From a virus: a stretch of 64,000 bases of DNA. The notes under the pieces were generated by a model, which searched no databases, was not told the DNA's origin, and worked only from the letters and a program-made list of their open reading frames with translations. Shown in pieces: positions 1 through 8,620 of this stretch. How positions within the stretch are numbered: position 1 is the first letter of the stretch; every line of letters starts with the position of its first letter. Position numbers and translations under genes: made by a program. The DNA is taken from IMG/VR virus record IMGVR_UViG_3300024052_000085, positions 14,759-78,758 of that record; one strand, written 5' to 3'.

Positions 1-321
1 AAAGAATATAGCTGGAACAGATTAGACTGGTTATGGGATATGTCCTGGTCCTTCTATGTTTCCTATAGAGACCAATTTAGACAAGGACATTTACAAGTAT
101 ATAAAAGTATTCTAGGAGAAATACCTAGAGGATTAGAAGATATTCCATATCAAAGTGTTATGACAGCTGAACGTAAGTATCGACAAAGGTCTTTTAATGA
201 AAAGATGAGCAAAGCAATACTAAGAAAAGATACTGAAACTCTAGAACATATGGGCTTTACAGAAGATGAAATCTCTAAAGCATATGAGCGTGCTGATCAT
301 ATACAATCTCGAAGGGGGTAA
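1..321 (+). CDS. Hypothetical protein, probably 5'-truncated; paralog of 56352..56630
   Basis: Frame is open from base 1; C-terminal NEKMSKAILRKDTETLEHMGF resembles NEQRKIARAAMKGDMVALAAMGY. Confidence 0.6.
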   Translation, partial: KEYSWNRLDWLWDMSWSFYVSYRDQFRQGHLQVYKSILGEIPRGLEDIPYQSVMTAERKYRQRSFNEKMSKAILRKDTETLEHMGFTEDEISKAYERADHIQSRRG

Positions 322-322
322 T

Positions 323-352
323 TTGAAGCATCAGATTAAATTATATTATAAT
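323..352 (+). promoter_or_regulatory. Promoter with virus-specific AGCATCAGATTAAA element
   Basis: TTGAAG-N18-TATAAT, with the motif 6 nt before the -10 box; AGGAG RBS precedes 374. Confidence 0.65.
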
Positions 353-373
353 AAATCATAAGGAGTTCGAGAA

Positions 374-1213
374 ATGACAACAACATCTGTCTGGGTTGAC
401 GGAAAAAAAGGAAAAACGTTAGATGTATCAGAATACATAGACGGTTCTCCATGGGATGGAGAATATGCTACTTTCAATATGATGATTTATGGTGAACCTG
501 GAGAAGGTAAGACTCCTCTATTAGGTTCAGTTGTAGATGTTCCTTCAATGCTTCCAGCATTGCTTATTGATTGCGATTCGGGAACTTTAAGTATTCGAAA
601 CAGAGATGGATTGAATACGTTACATCTTAATAAGATGGCCGCTCAACTCTCAAATGAACAAGGTAAAGAGATAAGTCCTTGGAAAGCTCTTGAAGAGACT
701 TATAGATGGTTGACTCAAGACGATCACGATTACAAAACCGTAATGTTAGATGGAGGTACAGAGATACAGAGATACTGTGAGTTAGAATGTATAGCTTATG
801 GTATTGAAAAGAAGAATTCAGGAGACCATGATCCAGAGCTTGCTGAACTTGCAGACTATAGAAGGATTCACGAAAGAATGAAGCGTATGTATATGCGTTT
901 TAGAGACCTTCAAACCAAAGATGGTAGAAGGATAAACTTCTTAGCAACAGCACATGAAGGTAAAGCTAAGGATGATCTTTCAGGTAAGATGTATATTCAA
1001 CCTTTATTCATAGGAAAAGCTACAGTTCTTATCTCTTCTGTTTTCGATATATTAGCAAGACTAACTACATCCGATGTAGGTACTAAGAAGGATGTTAAGG
1101 TTCTTGTTCCTGCTGTTAATGGTACAGCTAGAGGACGAGATAGATCAGGCAGTTTAGGTGGGTTTGTTGAAGACCCTACAATGGCAAAGTTAGCAGAAAA
1201 AATAAGAGGTTAA
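374..1213 (+). CDS. Sak4-like / AAA_24 recombination ATPase
   Basis: IYGEPGEGKT Walker A, LLIDCDSG, TVMLD, LATAHE, ARGRDRSG; adjacent to an SSB-like gene. Confidence 0.85.
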   Translation: MTTTSVWVDGKKGKTLDVSEYIDGSPWDGEYATFNMMIYGEPGEGKTPLLGSVVDVPSMLPALLIDCDSGTLSIRNRDGLNTLHLNKMAAQLSNEQGKEISPWKALEETYRWLTQDDHDYKTVMLDGGTEIQRYCELECIAYGIEKKNSGDHDPELAELADYRRIHERMKRMYMRFRDLQTKDGRRINFLATAHEGKAKDDLSGKMYIQPLFIGKATVLISSVFDILARLTTSDVGTKKDVKVLVPAVNGTARGRDRSGSLGGFVEDPTMAKLAEKIRG

Positions 1214-1239
1214 GAAAAGGATTGTTAGATGTTTGAAAT

Positions 1240-1777
1240 CTCATCTAGGGGAAGGTCCTTAGCACATAAAATTATATATAAAAGAAATGGTGAATACATT
1301 GGTTAAAGTTAATTTGGCAAATCAAGAAATGCGAACCTTCGATCCCGTACCTGCTGGTACTTACAGAGTAACTGTAGATCAGTGCGAGGAACGTCAATCT
1401 CAGATGTCTGGCAATGCCAACATCTTCTGGCTGTTCCGTATTACTGACGTCATCAGCACTCAGGGTGATGGAGGCGGCGCTGGTCTAGTAGATCGTACTA
1501 TTATGCATGGAACTTCTCTTCAGGAGAGCGCTCTTTGGAATCTCTTCCGGACTCTAGTAGCTCTGGGTGAAGATCCTCAAGGATTGCAGGATGGTGAGTT
1601 TGAACTCGAGCCTGATACTCAGATTGGTAAGGAGTGTGTAGTTACTGTTCGTATCCGTGACTACCAAGGTCAGCCAACAAATAACATAACAGCTCTTCGG
1701 GCTCTGTCTGAGTCTGAAGCCGGTGCTCTAGCCTAGGTTATAACCTAAAAAGTAGTACCTCACTTCCCCTAGATGAG
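1240..1777. repeat. 15-bp perfect inverted repeat bracketing the SSB gene
   Basis: CTCATCTAGGGGAAG (1240-1254) and CTTCCCCTAGATGAG (1763-1777). Confidence 0.9.
1287..1736 (+). CDS. DUF669-like single-stranded DNA-binding protein
   Basis: FDPVPAGTY..V, SGN, IGKECVVTV, YQG..N pattern; follows Sak4-like gene; CGT/CTG-rich codons. Confidence 0.75.
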   Translation: MVNTLVKVNLANQEMRTFDPVPAGTYRVTVDQCEERQSQMSGNANIFWLFRITDVISTQGDGGGAGLVDRTIMHGTSLQESALWNLFRTLVALGEDPQGLQDGEFELEPDTQIGKECVVTVRIRDYQGQPTNNITALRALSESEAGALA

Positions 1778-1791
1778 GTCTCAGGCATCTA

Positions 1792-2211
1792 ATGATTCTT
1801 TATCACATTAGTCCATCAAAGAGAAGATTAAAGATACGTAGAGAGGGATTAAAACCTCCTACGTTTCTTTGTAGTAAGAAGGATCTCTCAAGCTGGTTAA
1901 TGTCAGCTCTTATTAATTTCTATAATACAGGTAGAGGAGGTGTACTCACACTATACGAAGTTAAAATTCCAAATAACTGGTTCTACGACGGTAGTTTAGT
2001 ATTTAAAAGAAATGCTGATATAGGACCTGAATATGTTATTGGTGAAACTATAGATAAGTCTAGAGTAAAATCTATAGGTACTGTTAGAGTAAAAGATACA
2101 GTTGAAAGAGGTATTAAAGAGGGGTGGTTAATTCAAGTTATGTCTTCAGGTAAAGAAGTAAGACCAAAATGGAAGTCTAGAAAAAGAAAGCAATTTGCTA
2201 GAGTGTCGTAA
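1792..2211 (+). CDS. ADP-ribosyltransferase/Tpt1-like fold protein
   Basis: LYHIS....IRREGLKP..FL...EYV motif. Confidence 0.5.
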   Translation: MILYHISPSKRRLKIRREGLKPPTFLCSKKDLSSWLMSALINFYNTGRGGVLTLYEVKIPNNWFYDGSLVFKRNADIGPEYVIGETIDKSRVKSIGTVRVKDTVERGIKEGWLIQVMSSGKEVRPKWKSRKRKQFARVS

Positions 2212-2657
2212 TGGCTACATTACAAGCTGGAGTCTATTACGACCATCCTGGATGGTATCGTTTAGTATGTCGTTATGATCCTTGGATGCAAGAAAACTTA
2301 AAAGCAAGTATAGGTTTAGGTAATTATAAATATGACCCTAAACTAAAATTATGGTATGTAAGAGAGCCTTATAGAAAGACTACTGTAGATCTCTTAACTA
2401 GTCATGGCTATACTGTTTCCTTCGAAGGTAAAGAAGAAAATAAGAAGGAACAAAAATCAGGACCTAAGAATGTCTCTTCTGTTAGAGGAGATAATCCTTG
2501 GTCCATTATTTTTGGTCGCTTGCCAGATACTAATCATGGCCAAGAACTACGTGTTAAACTTTATAGGGAAGTTACTAAGATATTACACCCAGATAAAGGA
2601 GGCCATGAAGAAGCTATGAAGGAATTGAATGAAGCCTGGAGTAAATTAAAACCATGA
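2211..2657 (+). CDS. HARP-like N-terminal domain plus minimal J-domain
   Basis: KYDPKLKLWYV; C-terminal LYREVTKILHPDKGG..EAMKELNEAW. Confidence 0.7.
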   Translation: MATLQAGVYYDHPGWYRLVCRYDPWMQENLKASIGLGNYKYDPKLKLWYVREPYRKTTVDLLTSHGYTVSFEGKEENKKEQKSGPKNVSSVRGDNPWSIIFGRLPDTNHGQELRVKLYREVTKILHPDKGGHEEAMKELNEAWSKLKP

Positions 2658-2905
2658 TGAAAAATGATTTAGATGATGACAATAATCAATTTATTTGGTG
2701 GTTAGGAGAACTCGGAGTTTATTTATTAGAATGCTATAAATTCAATCTTATGGACCTTCTCGCAAATCATCCAGAAATAGCTAATAAATCTGCAGAGTTA
2801 ATGAGAGAAGAATTTATGAAGGGTATGGATCCTCATACTTTTGGAGATTCTATAGTACCTAAAGAGTATACTAAAGTAGAAGGTATTAAGGAGAATTATG
2901 CCTGA
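2654..2905 (+). CDS. Hypothetical protein
   Basis: Translationally coupled ORF. Confidence 0.6.
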   Translation: MMKNDLDDDNNQFIWWLGELGVYLLECYKFNLMDLLANHPEIANKSAELMREEFMKGMDPHTFGDSIVPKEYTKVEGIKENYA

Positions 2906-3374
2906 TAAAGAAGAGATTGAACTTGACATAGGTTTTTCCTACTTTGGGGATCCTGATTTAGTTACAGAGTATGAAGGTGGGAGTTCTTTTAACTTACAGC
3001 CTGGATCTCATAAAAAGGTTATAGGTATAGATTTACAAACTGTTCCAGAAGACATTCCAGTAGACCAAATAAAAGCAAGTGCTGATTATCTTCCTATACA
3101 AGATCAAAGTGTTGATTCAGTATTTGCAGGTGGAGTCTTCGGAGCTTATGTTGATCTAGAAGACTCTGTTAAAGAAGCAGATAGAGTCTTAAGGCCTGGA
3201 GGTAAAATGTTCATAAGAACTTGGGGTAGATATATGCCTCGTTTGAAATTACTTCTTAAACGTGGATATTACATAACTGAAATGGGTACTCCAGACTCTA
3301 AGGATCTCTTTCCAGGCGAGAACCCTTTAGACTTTGAATGGCACGTAAGAGCAGTTAAGAGAGGTAAGAGGTAA
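2898..3374 (+). CDS. Class I SAM-dependent methyltransferase-like protein
   Basis: LDIG, VIGID, LPIQDQSVD, EADRVLRPGG. Confidence 0.7.
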   Translation: MPDKEEIELDIGFSYFGDPDLVTEYEGGSSFNLQPGSHKKVIGIDLQTVPEDIPVDQIKASADYLPIQDQSVDSVFAGGVFGAYVDLEDSVKEADRVLRPGGKMFIRTWGRYMPRLKLLLKRGYYITEMGTPDSKDLFPGENPLDFEWHVRAVKRGKR

Positions 3375-3376
3375 CA

Positions 3377-3580
3377 ATGGTAGTTGGAGAGTTTTTTAAA
3401 GAAGGTAACAAACGTATGTTATGGGTGAGATGTCCTATGTGTGAAGAGGAAAGAGGAGCACCTGTAAGGACTAAAGAAGATCTACCTAGTCGTTTGTGTA
3501 AAGTATGTAATTTGAAGAACGCTAAAATTAATATGGAGAGTATATGGAATATTATAAAGAATGATCATACTCAGAGGTAG
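3377..3580 (+). CDS. Zinc-ribbon protein
   Basis: WVRCPMC..ERG...LCKVC. Confidence 0.7.
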   Translation: MVVGEFFKEGNKRMLWVRCPMCEEERGAPVRTKEDLPSRLCKVCNLKNAKINMESIWNIIKNDHTQR

Positions 3581-3640
3581 ATGAGAAAACGTAGGCGTAC
3601 TAGAGGTAATAAACGTTATATTAAATATAAGCGAGGTTAT

Positions 3641-4345
3641 ATGAAAGGATTGGTTTTACATTCAGGAGGATTAGACTCTTCTACGTTACTTGCAGCGGCT
3701 GCAGATGAGTGTGATGAGGTAGTAGGTCTTTCTATTGCATACGGTCAAAAACATCAAGATAGAGAGATTAGAGCAGCGAGGGAAGTTTGTGCTTACTTTA
3801 AAGCAGAGCATCTTGAAATTGAGTTGCCAGATGTCTTCAAAGGCTTTGGTAGTACTCTTATGGATTCTGATAAAGATAATCCGCATCTTACCTATGAAGA
3901 GATCCGCGCTAGCGAAGGTCCTTCTCCTACGTATGTTCCGTTCCGAAATGCGAATCTTCTTTCCATAGCAACAGCAACTGCTCAGATACATAAATGTGAT
4001 ATAGTATACTTTGGAGCTCACTCGGATGATGCTCACAATTATGCTTATCCTGATTGTACTCCTGAATTCATTGGAGCTATGGCAAATGCTATTAGTGTTG
4101 GAACGTATTATACTGTACGGTTGAAAACTCCTATTATGTGGATGACTAAAGGTCAAGTTACTGAATGGGGTCAAAGTTTAGGAGTTCCCTTTGCAATGAC
4201 TTATTCTTGTTACGAAGGTACTGAGATACACTGTGGAGAATGTCCTACCTGTGTTTCAAGACAAGTAGCGTTTGAGGAGGCAGGCATTGACGATCCCACA
4301 GAATATACCGGAGGAGCCCAACGCGAAAAAGCCATTCACGGTTAG
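3641..4345 (+). CDS. queC: 7-cyano-7-deazaguanine synthase QueC
   Basis: SGGLDS, YGQKH, TYVPFRN, YPDC, SCY...HCGECPTC; RBS before ATG 3641. Confidence 0.95.
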   Translation: MKGLVLHSGGLDSSTLLAAAADECDEVVGLSIAYGQKHQDREIRAAREVCAYFKAEHLEIELPDVFKGFGSTLMDSDKDNPHLTYEEIRASEGPSPTYVPFRNANLLSIATATAQIHKCDIVYFGAHSDDAHNYAYPDCTPEFIGAMANAISVGTYYTVRLKTPIMWMTKGQVTEWGQSLGVPFAMTYSCYEGTEIHCGECPTCVSRQVAFEEAGIDDPTEYTGGAQREKAIHG

Positions 4346-4493
4346 TCTAAGTATCTCTTATAGTGTTCCAAGACGCTACTCCAGAATACAAGCTGAAAGT
4401 AAAGAACAAGCTTTAGAAATTGCTCTAGAACAGTTACAAAAAGATACTTGGGGAGTACAGGATGTTAAAGTAATGTCAGTTGAAGAGGGTTAA
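4272..4493 (+). CDS. Small hypothetical protein
   Basis: IQAESKEQALEIA phage-type motif; start uncertain. Confidence 0.5.
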   Translation: MRRQALTIPQNIPEEPNAKKPFTVSLSISYSVPRRYSRIQAESKEQALEIALEQLQKDTWGVQDVKVMSVEEG

Positions 4494-5196
4494 TGTGGTA
4501 GACGCTTTAGATATTAAGAAAATAGAAGTTACGGAGATCTTTAGTTCTCTTCAAGGAGAGGGTAAGAGATGTGGAGTTCCTGCAACCTTTGTAAGATTAA
4601 GAAGATGTAATCTAGCTTGCATATGGTGCGATCAAAAAGAGACTTGGGATGTAAACGATCCTGGGTATAACAATTATGAACTTAAGCATATATCTGAAAT
4701 AAGACAACAGATATTAGACTACAATAATAGACTATTAGTTATTACAGGAGGTGAACCTCTACTTTGGCAAAGAGAGCTAAGATATTTAATTGACTCAATG
4801 CCAAGTGAGATTAGTATAGAGATAGAATCTAACGGAACTATAGATCCAAGTTTTCTAAAGTTGACTAGGACTGAATTTAATATTTCACCTAAGATGTCTA
4901 ACTCTGGAAACGGTGAAAGAAATACTAAAGTACATGACGAATACCTCGATCTATTTAAACTTAGAAGGGTCGTATTTAAGTTTGTAGTTAAGACAGCTAG
5001 TGATTTTGAAGAGGTAGATAGGTTTGTAGCTAATTATAATTTAAATCCTAAAGGTATTTATGTTATGCCTGAAGGAGTTGACCGAGAAACCATTTGCACT
5101 AGACTTCCAATCCTCTTCGATTATTGTAATGAGAGAGGATATAATTTAACTACTAGATTACACGTTCTAGCCTTTGGAGATATGAAAGGAGTTTAA
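4480..5196 (+). CDS. queE: 7-carboxy-7-deazaguanine synthase QueE (radical SAM)
   Basis: EIFSSLQGEG, CNLACIWCD, ITGGEPL, ESNG, ISPK, RLH. Confidence 0.95.
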   Translation: MKRVNVVDALDIKKIEVTEIFSSLQGEGKRCGVPATFVRLRRCNLACIWCDQKETWDVNDPGYNNYELKHISEIRQQILDYNNRLLVITGGEPLLWQRELRYLIDSMPSEISIEIESNGTIDPSFLKLTRTEFNISPKMSNSGNGERNTKVHDEYLDLFKLRRVVFKFVVKTASDFEEVDRFVANYNLNPKGIYVMPEGVDRETICTRLPILFDYCNERGYNLTTRLHVLAFGDMKGV

Positions 5197-5388
5197 ATGC
5201 TAAGATCAACCATGATTACATGTTGCTATAAAGTATGTGGTAAAAACCATGGTTCTTCCCTAGGGTTACACTTTGATACTGATATTAAAGAAGTGTATTG
5301 TAACGTAAAGTGTTATGTAGAAGACTATTTCCTGAAACATACAGGAAGACAAGGCGAAATTATAGAAACTGATAGAGGGTATAATTAA
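5197..5388 (+). CDS. Small zinc-finger protein
   Basis: C....C...YCNVKC. Confidence 0.55.
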   Translation: MLRSTMITCCYKVCGKNHGSSLGLHFDTDIKEVYCNVKCYVEDYFLKHTGRQGEIIETDRGYN

Positions 5389-6065
5389 TGGTAGAGCAGA
5401 CTAACGAAGATCCAAGAGTAGTTGGAGGAGACTTTACAGAGATTGTAAAATCAAGAAATAAAGGAGTTGAAGAAGATATTAATTATGGAGATAAAGAGAG
5501 AGGTAAAGATTTAGAAGACGCAGCTAAGTTAATAATCAAAGCTCTAGGCGAAGATATAAATGCAGAAGGACTATCTGAGACTCCAAGACGTTTCAGAGAA
5601 ATGTTTATGGAGGATTTCTGGCCTGGAGATTCTTTAGATACTGTTCTAGGTGAAATGGTAATGGAAGAAAGCTTTGACCAAATGGTTATAGTTAAAGATA
5701 TCCCAATCCGTTCACATTGCGAACATCACATATTACCTTGGTGGGGTAAGGTTTGTTTAGGTTATATTCCTCATGCTAAAACTGTTGGGTTAAGTAAAAT
5801 GACTAGAATGGTTGATGCAGCAGGTAAAGGACTAACTATTCAAGAGAGAGTAACTGATAGTATTGCTCAGAGTATGAATAGAGTTCTAGATCCTAAAGGT
5901 GTAATGATAGTAGTTGAAGCAGTTCATATGTGTACTCTAATGAGAGGAGTAAAAACTGAAATGCAAAGATTTACTACCAGCACGGCTAAAGGAGTATTCT
6001 TAACTAATTCAGCACCTAGACAAGAGTTTCTAACCTTGTTTGCTAAAAATGGAAGTTTGATTTAA
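5388..6065 (+). CDS. folE: GTP cyclohydrolase I
   Basis: GLSETPRR, SHCEHHILP, GLSK, IQER, HMCTLMRG. Confidence 0.95.
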   Translation: MVEQTNEDPRVVGGDFTEIVKSRNKGVEEDINYGDKERGKDLEDAAKLIIKALGEDINAEGLSETPRRFREMFMEDFWPGDSLDTVLGEMVMEESFDQMVIVKDIPIRSHCEHHILPWWGKVCLGYIPHAKTVGLSKMTRMVDAAGKGLTIQERVTDSIAQSMNRVLDPKGVMIVVEAVHMCTLMRGVKTEMQRFTTSTAKGVFLTNSAPRQEFLTLFAKNGSLI

Positions 6066-6078
6066 TTTCTTCTCTAGC

Positions 6079-6197
6079 TTTGCTAGAGAGGTACTGTTGA
6101 TCGGGAAACCGGCATGAGGATCACCTCCCTCAAACTACCTCCCGTCACGTGTGGGGCCGGCTGTAATCGTGGTTATCAACAGTACCTCTCTAGTAAA
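6079..6197 (+). ncRNA. Putative structured RNA with anti-Shine-Dalgarno loop
   Basis: 19-bp perfect stem 6083-6101/6175-6193; inner CCGGC/GCCGG and TGAGG/CCTCA helices; contains GGATCACCTCC. Confidence 0.6.
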
Positions 6198-6213
6198 TAT
6201 AAAGGAGAAATAA

Positions 6214-6417
6214 ATGTTAACAACATTCGAAGAATTGCAAGTCTATCTTAGATCAGAACATCCATCAAGTCATAGTGTAGGGCCTTGTGTACTGTGTAGT
6301 GAAACAACTTCTGATAGATGTATTAGATGTAAAAAGTATTTCTGCGGAACTCATGTAGGACGTAAAGACTGTATCACCCCTAGAGATCTGTATGCAAATA
6401 AAATTGAAGATCGTTAA
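6214..6417 (+). CDS. Small Cys/His zinc-finger protein
   Basis: CxxC..CxxC...FCGTH...C; AAGGAG RBS. Confidence 0.65.
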   Translation: MLTTFEELQVYLRSEHPSSHSVGPCVLCSETTSDRCIRCKKYFCGTHVGRKDCITPRDLYANKIEDR

Positions 6418-6431
6418 GGAAGAGTTAAAGG

Positions 6432-7511
6432 ATGCTTATAGAGAGTTTACACGGAGAATCTCAATGGACCAGAAGTCCAATGACCAACGGAAATATAAGA
6501 ATGTCAATGACAGAAAACTGTCCTAGACAACAAGTGTATGTCGCTTTGGGGATAGAACAAGACTATCCTGAGACTGGAAGATCTCAAATGGCTGCTGATG
6601 ATGGTAATCTACATGAAGCTGATGTAGTAAATAGATTCTTAGCAGCTGGTTATCGTTGTTGGAATTACGGTGAAGACCAAGCTATGGTGCATTTTGAAAG
6701 GGATGGTGTACGCTTTAGAGGACATCCTGATTTATTCATGGAAACTCCCGAAGGTGAAGTAATAGGAGTAGAACTCAAAGGTTATAGAGATGAAACCTTT
6801 AGACAGTTCGTTCAAGGAGCTGTACAGACAGTTCCAGGAATGTGGTCTGTTTCAGATTGGTCTAAACTAACTAAGAGACCTTATCCTTTAATGGGTCAAT
6901 TACAAATGTATCTTCATTCTGATACTTCTACTAGTTATGGAATAGATAAATGGGTTCTAGTTATGAAGAATAAAAACACTGCAGAGCTAGCTGAGTGTAT
7001 TATTACTAAAGATGACGATTATATTAATAGACTAATAAGAAAGTGGAAAGGTTTCTGGGCTTATATTGAAGCTGGAAGACTTCCAGATAGATTCTTTGGA
7101 GATGATAGCATAGAATGTCGAAGATGTCTGTTTCGTCAAAAGTGTTGGAATCTTGGTGAAGTATTTACTTCAAAAGAGGATGTAGTTCACGTTAAAGGTT
7201 TAGAGAAGTTTGCTTCTATGCGAAGAGAAGGAAGTCTTTTAAAGAAGGATGCTGAAGGCCTATTAGAAGAATCTAGAATGGCTTTTCTAACTGAACATAT
7301 TAATAAAGAAGCTACTAGGATAGAGTGTGACGGTCTTACAAGTACTGTAAGCGAAAGAAATAGAAGAGGTTTAGATAGTACAGAAGTAAATAAGGTTCTG
7401 GCCTATATGCTAGAAAAAGGTAATATTGACGATCAACAATATGATGATTGTTTTAATGATGTAAGTTATCAGGAGGTTAGATTTAAAGATGTTAAACCCC
7501 GAGATGCCTGA
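6432..7511 (+). CDS. Cas4-like PD-(D/E)xK exonuclease
   Basis: CPR, GNLHE, GHPD, ELK, QLQMY, CRRCLFRQKC. Confidence 0.85.
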   Translation: MLIESLHGESQWTRSPMTNGNIRMSMTENCPRQQVYVALGIEQDYPETGRSQMAADDGNLHEADVVNRFLAAGYRCWNYGEDQAMVHFERDGVRFRGHPDLFMETPEGEVIGVELKGYRDETFRQFVQGAVQTVPGMWSVSDWSKLTKRPYPLMGQLQMYLHSDTSTSYGIDKWVLVMKNKNTAELAECIITKDDDYINRLIRKWKGFWAYIEAGRLPDRFFGDDSIECRRCLFRQKCWNLGEVFTSKEDVVHVKGLEKFASMRREGSLLKKDAEGLLEESRMAFLTEHINKEATRIECDGLTSTVSERNRRGLDSTEVNKVLAYMLEKGNIDDQQYDDCFNDVSYQEVRFKDVKPRDA

Positions 7512-7869
7512 TACTAAGTCTATGAACTTTGAAGAATTGGTAGAGTATCGTAAAGGTATTGGTTATAATGTTTATGGAGTAGAATTAAGTTATGGCGTGA
7601 TTGTAGATAGTGCTTACTATAAAGATGTTACATGGGAATGCATAGAAGAATTAGCAGACGCTTTTGTATATTTAGACTTTGAAAGAGAAAAGTTGATAAA
7701 CAGATCTTCTAAAGTAAATGTAAGAAGGATAGAATCTATTCAGAATAGAGTTAAAGACTGCGTAGTATTTATAAACAATTATAGAGACCTAATTAAAGAA
7801 AAATTTCCAGAACTTTTGGAGGATACATTACAAGATGAAATTCGCACCGGTACTGTCAGAGAAGTATGA
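7504..7869 (+). CDS. MazG-superfamily-like nucleotide pyrophosphohydrolase
   Basis: RKGIG..VYG...EELADAFVY (EExxD motif). Confidence 0.5.
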   Translation: MPDTKSMNFEELVEYRKGIGYNVYGVELSYGVIVDSAYYKDVTWECIEELADAFVYLDFEREKLINRSSKVNVRRIESIQNRVKDCVVFINNYRDLIKEKFPELLEDTLQDEIRTGTVREV

Positions 7870-8620
7870 TCCAGCTAAATATTCCAATTATCATTTAGTA
7901 TTGGCAAATGAAGTTATTAGTGATAACAGTTACGCTAATTATTATAGCTCACTCGCTATCGACCATACTATTATTCTAGATAGCGGAACTGTCGAAATAG
8001 GTTATGCAGATTCTGAAATGATATTTGCAGCAGTAGAGAAATTAAATAGAGAAGTTATTGTAGTTGCTCCAGATTTCTTAGGAGATAAAGATCGTACAAT
8101 ATTAGAGACTGAAGACTTTCTAAGTCAGGATGGATGTCCTGGCAAAGATAATGTAATGATAGTACCTCAAGGTGAAACTCCTGAAGAGTGGATTGAATGT
8201 TTTGATTACTTAGATCTTAATTACAATGAAAAGTTTAAGTGGGTTGGGATCCCTAGGATATCAGAAGACTTTCCAGGAGGTAGAAGTTGGTTGTATCAAA
8301 ATGTAATGCAGATACACCGTAGGAGGAGGAGTATGAATGATCAACCTAAAATTCATCTTTTGGGACTACAACATACTTTAGATGAGATAGAATGGGCAAA
8401 ACATTTCAGTTCTAGAATTGTAGGTGTTGATAGCAGTGCTCCTCTTAAAGCCGCAGAAATTAACGTTTTATGTTCTGAAGTTGTAGACTTTAGATTACTT
8501 ACAGATATAAATGTAAATCCTTCAGAGGATTTAGTAGCCGAAAGAATACAAGAAATGGTTGAATATACTTCTTTCAGATGGAGTGTTAAAACTCAGGGAG
8601 AATTAATAAATGGAGCCTAA
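7835..8620 (+). CDS. dpdA: DpdA-like deazaguanine DNA transglycosylase (TGT fold)
   Basis: ILDSG, APD, VPQG, VGIP, IHLLG, GVDSS; que gene context. Confidence 0.7.
   Translation: MKFAPVLSEKYDPAKYSNYHLVLANEVISDNSYANYYSSLAIDHTIILDSGTVEIGYADSEMIFAAVEKLNREVIVVAPDFLGDKDRTILETEDFLSQDGCPGKDNVMIVPQGETPEEWIECFDYLDLNYNEKFKWVGIPRISEDFPGGRSWLYQNVMQIHRRRRSMNDQPKIHLLGLQHTLDEIEWAKHFSSRIVGVDSSAPLKAAEINVLCSEVVDFRLLTDINVNPSEDLVAERIQEMVEYTSFRWSVKTQGELINGA

Noticed and set aside
6066-6200. preQ1 riboswitch or tRNA downstream of folE
   Set aside because: No preQ1 aptamer consensus or cloverleaf T/D-loop signatures; lies 3' of the que genes
6432-7511. CRISPR-Cas locus
   Set aside because: Stand-alone Cas4-like nuclease; no cas1/cas2 or repeat-spacer array seen
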